From contig NC_135830.1 of assembly GCF_964213995.1 (NCBI RefSeq), positions 10,726,001-10,790,000 on the forward strand: 64,000 bases of DNA, given 5' to 3'. The DNA is from Mustelus asterias (taxonomy: Eukaryota). The notes beneath the pieces were generated by a model that was given only the letters and a program-made list of their open reading frames with translations, was not told where the DNA came from and searched no databases. This document shows, in pieces, positions 61,120-64,000 of the stretch (position 1 is its first letter; each line of letters opens with the position of its first letter). The translations under genes were made by a program, and so were the position numbers.

Positions 61120-61191
61120 TCAGTGGTGGTCCGTTGATCAAGATTCGACCCGTTTCCCTCCACGGGCCCGGTTTGATTCACGGTCAGTTAA
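61120..61191 (+). pseudogene. tRNA-Glu pseudogene, degenerate
   Basis: tcagtggtggtccgttgatcaagattcg..gggcccggtttgattcacggtcag. Confidence 0.55.
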
Positions 61192-61289
61192 TATGGACCA
61201 ATTCATTGTTCACCAATTATAATAATACGACTCATAGGAAATGCTTAACTCTTCTGAATGAGTGGATTGAGAGTTAAACACGCAGACAA

Positions 61290-62045
61290 GGAACAGGACG
61301 AGCCCGATCAGACTCTCGAACATTCTCATCCATTTTAATAATATCATGACTAATTTGATAGTAACCTACGCTCCTCATATTCAGGATAATCTAACACCCC
61401 TTTGCTTACCAAGAATCTATCCGCCTCTGCCATAAAAACATTCAAAGAATATGTTTCTACCGCCTTTTCAGGCAGAGAGTTCCAAAGATTCACGAGCCTC
61501 TGAGTGAAAAGATTTTGCCTCGTCTCCATTCTAAGTTTGTGCGCCATAACTTTTAAAATTTGTACCCGAGTTGCTGTGTATACAACAAGTAGAAACATCC
61601 TCTCTGCATCCACTCTGTCAGGACTCATCGGGATCTTTTATATTTCAGTCAAGTCAACCCTCACTCTGCTAAATTCTAACAGATAAAGTTTACCCTGTCT
61701 CACCTTTCCTCATAAAACAGCCCACCCATTCCAGGTATTAGAATGATAAACGGTTTCTGAATACATTTACAGATTCAAAAAGCAAGGTTGCTAATACCAT
61801 GCACTGTACACCAAAATGGTCTCACTGGTAACTCGCATAGCTGAAACATTATCGTGGTACTTTTGTAATCAATTCCTTTAGCATCAAGTGATAACAATCT
61901 ATTAGTTTACCTAACTATTTGATGTACCTGCATAATAGCCTTTAGTGATTCGTGCACTCGGACACTCACATTCCTCTGCTCCTCAGAGCTCCGGAATATC
62001 TCGTCATTTAGATAGTATGATTCATTCTCACAAAATGGACAATTT
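61290..62045 (-). mobile_element. Degenerate CR1 3' fragment
   Basis: ORF 61350-61628 FTQRLVNLWNSLPEKAVE. Confidence 0.8.
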
Positions 62046-63639
62046 GATTTTCTTTGTCATCTAAAGCTCATCAGATTTCTGCATCTGTGGACCAGAATGC
62101 TAAAAAAAAAACTAGCATTTCTGGAAGCATTTGTGGATAGATAATTGAAACTCATATTTTATGTTCGTGACCTTTCATATTGACTCCAGGGCAGTCAGAG
62201 ACAAATGCTTGTAAAAGGTCCTTGAAACTCCAAGAGATACAGCACCCAATGTTGCCAGCTCTGCTCTCTTGAACAGGGGTTTGACCGGTATAAGGAAATC
62301 ATAAATTACCACTACACTGCACAATGCTTCGTTGAAAGTGAATGTTAAAACATGCTTTTACATTGTACTTCATAACTTGCTTTGTCGACGTACAATTCGG
62401 TGAAAAACCATCGCCATGTGGCAGAGAAATCGATCCAACATTAGAATCATAAAGTCATTGAAGACCAGGGGCTGAAATAAATCTAGGGGGACTCGATATG
62501 GCTCAAAGTAACAAGAGATTCATTGCCAACAATCTTTCAGCATTTACAACAATAGCTCAAACAAAATCTATGATGCAGATATGATTCCGAAGGATCTTAG
62601 CATGCATCACATCAAGTGAACAATGAGGGAAATAATGCAACTCTCCTCTCAGTCTCATGGGGCAATGGGCTGTGAGCAACTCAAGGGAGAGGTGTCTACG
62701 GAAAACAAAATCCAGAAAGAAGCATTCTCCTGCTGCACCTTTCCAAACTTTTTTCCCCCTCTCAGAACCATTTTTACATGAAACTGCACAACAAACGTGA
62801 ACAAGGCTTTTGATGCAAAATAACTATAATGAGACATTCCAGATCCTTGCCCATTCTCAGTGCAGCACAGAAATCCCTTTAAATTTGTTTGGTTTATTTT
62901 CTGCTGCCTCTTCTCTCCGACCGAAATGAATCAGTTCACCCTTCCTTATATTAACTTCCAGCTATCCACCCAGATGGATGTGTTAACGAGCCCGAAAGGA
63001 GAACCAAAAGAAACTGGGAGTGAAAGAGTGAGAATAAAAGAAGAAGAGAGAGGCTGCGTTTTGTCGATCCCACGGGAAAGAGACTCCAGGCTCAGTTCAT
63101 TGTGACAGTTCACACAGCAACGAGGAAGCAGCATTCCTTGATGAAGCCTCATATGTTAACTGAACATTTTTGCTGTTTTATTGAAGCAAGAGAAGGAGTG
63201 TTGAATAAAAGCGTGTTTCAATAAAACATAGCAAAAGTATTCAGTTAATAACAGCATCCGTGTGTTGCACATGAACATGAAGTGAACCGTGAGGGGAAAT
63301 AGTGCCACAAGCTGCGAATGTACAACTTTTAATTTCCTACTTTAGCATGGAAAATGAAGAGCTGGGGAGAATACTTGTAGAAGGACATGCAGCAAAGTCC
63401 AAGTTGATTAATTTGTCGTTCGATATCTATTAACGATTTCTGAGAGAACATTTTAGGGAGAACTTTCATTTAAGTTTAACACTAAGTGGATAGAACAACT
63501 GAGAGTTTCATTGAGAACAAATACAACAACTGAGAGATTCATTGAGAACACAACACATGCAGTCTGAGCCGCCAGCTGCCTTTAAAATGTTAACGTACTA
63601 GACAGCAAATATGACCTCAATGTCAAAGAAGGAAACTTT

Positions 63640-63990
63640 TTTTGTTCATTCATGGGACATTGGGCGTCGCTGGCTTGCCAGAATTTATTGCCAGTCCCGA
63701 GCTACCTGAGAGTGATTGAAAGTCAACCACATTGCTGTGGCTCTGGAGTCATATGTAGGTCAGGCCAGGTGTAGATAGCAGATTTTCTTCACTAAAAGAG
63801 ATGAACGAACCTGAATGATTTTTCCGACAATCGAGAAAGTTTTTATCGTCATCAGTAGATTCTTAATTTCAAATTGATATTAAAACCCACCACCTGCCAT
63901 GGCAAGTTTCCAAACTGGGTTCCCAGAACATTAGTTGATCTTCTAGGATGAATAGTCCCGCGATAACGCCACTAGGCCACCGCCTCCATT
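63640..63990 (-). mobile_element. SacSINE1-like SINE
   Basis: ttcattcatgggacattgggcgtcgctggc..agtcaaccacattgctgtggctctggagtca..cacctgccatgg..gccactaggccaccgcctcc. Confidence 0.78.
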
Positions 63991-64000
63991 TCCACGCAAA

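Overview
Cartilaginous-fish (shark) genomic DNA, judged from the cluster-type IgH organisation, HE1-like V-SINEs, SacSINE-like DeuSINEs and abundant CR1 LINEs. I could not identify any clearly functional host gene. Left end, minus strand: a compact IgM-type heavy-chain minilocus (leader-VH-D-JH, 2439-3752); no constant exons lie in the window. It is unusual in having one long 12/12-RSS D (a possible germline D1-D2 join) and an open VH whose RSS heptamer has lost the essential CAC. Middle (26-42 kb): a field of about 20 decayed tRNA genes, including a tandem tRNA-Gln array, an inverted Glu-Lys cassette duplication, a Glu-body tRNA with a Val (TAC) anticodon, and an intron-containing Ile-TAT copy. 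At 43.8-50.6 kb: two TCR alpha/delta-like V pseudogenes with 23-RSS remnants, one split by a 4.8-kb CR1. At 58.1-60.9 kb: a two-exon GPR139/142-like class A GPCR broken by one stop codon. The rest is CR1 and Rex1-like LINEs, SINEs, Penelope-like ends with hammerhead remnants, minisatellites and local duplications. One CR1 carries a structured RNA-like module in place of its RT C-terminus. All family names come from visual motif recognition and recall, not database searches; element boundaries are approximate unless a TSD or splice site is given.
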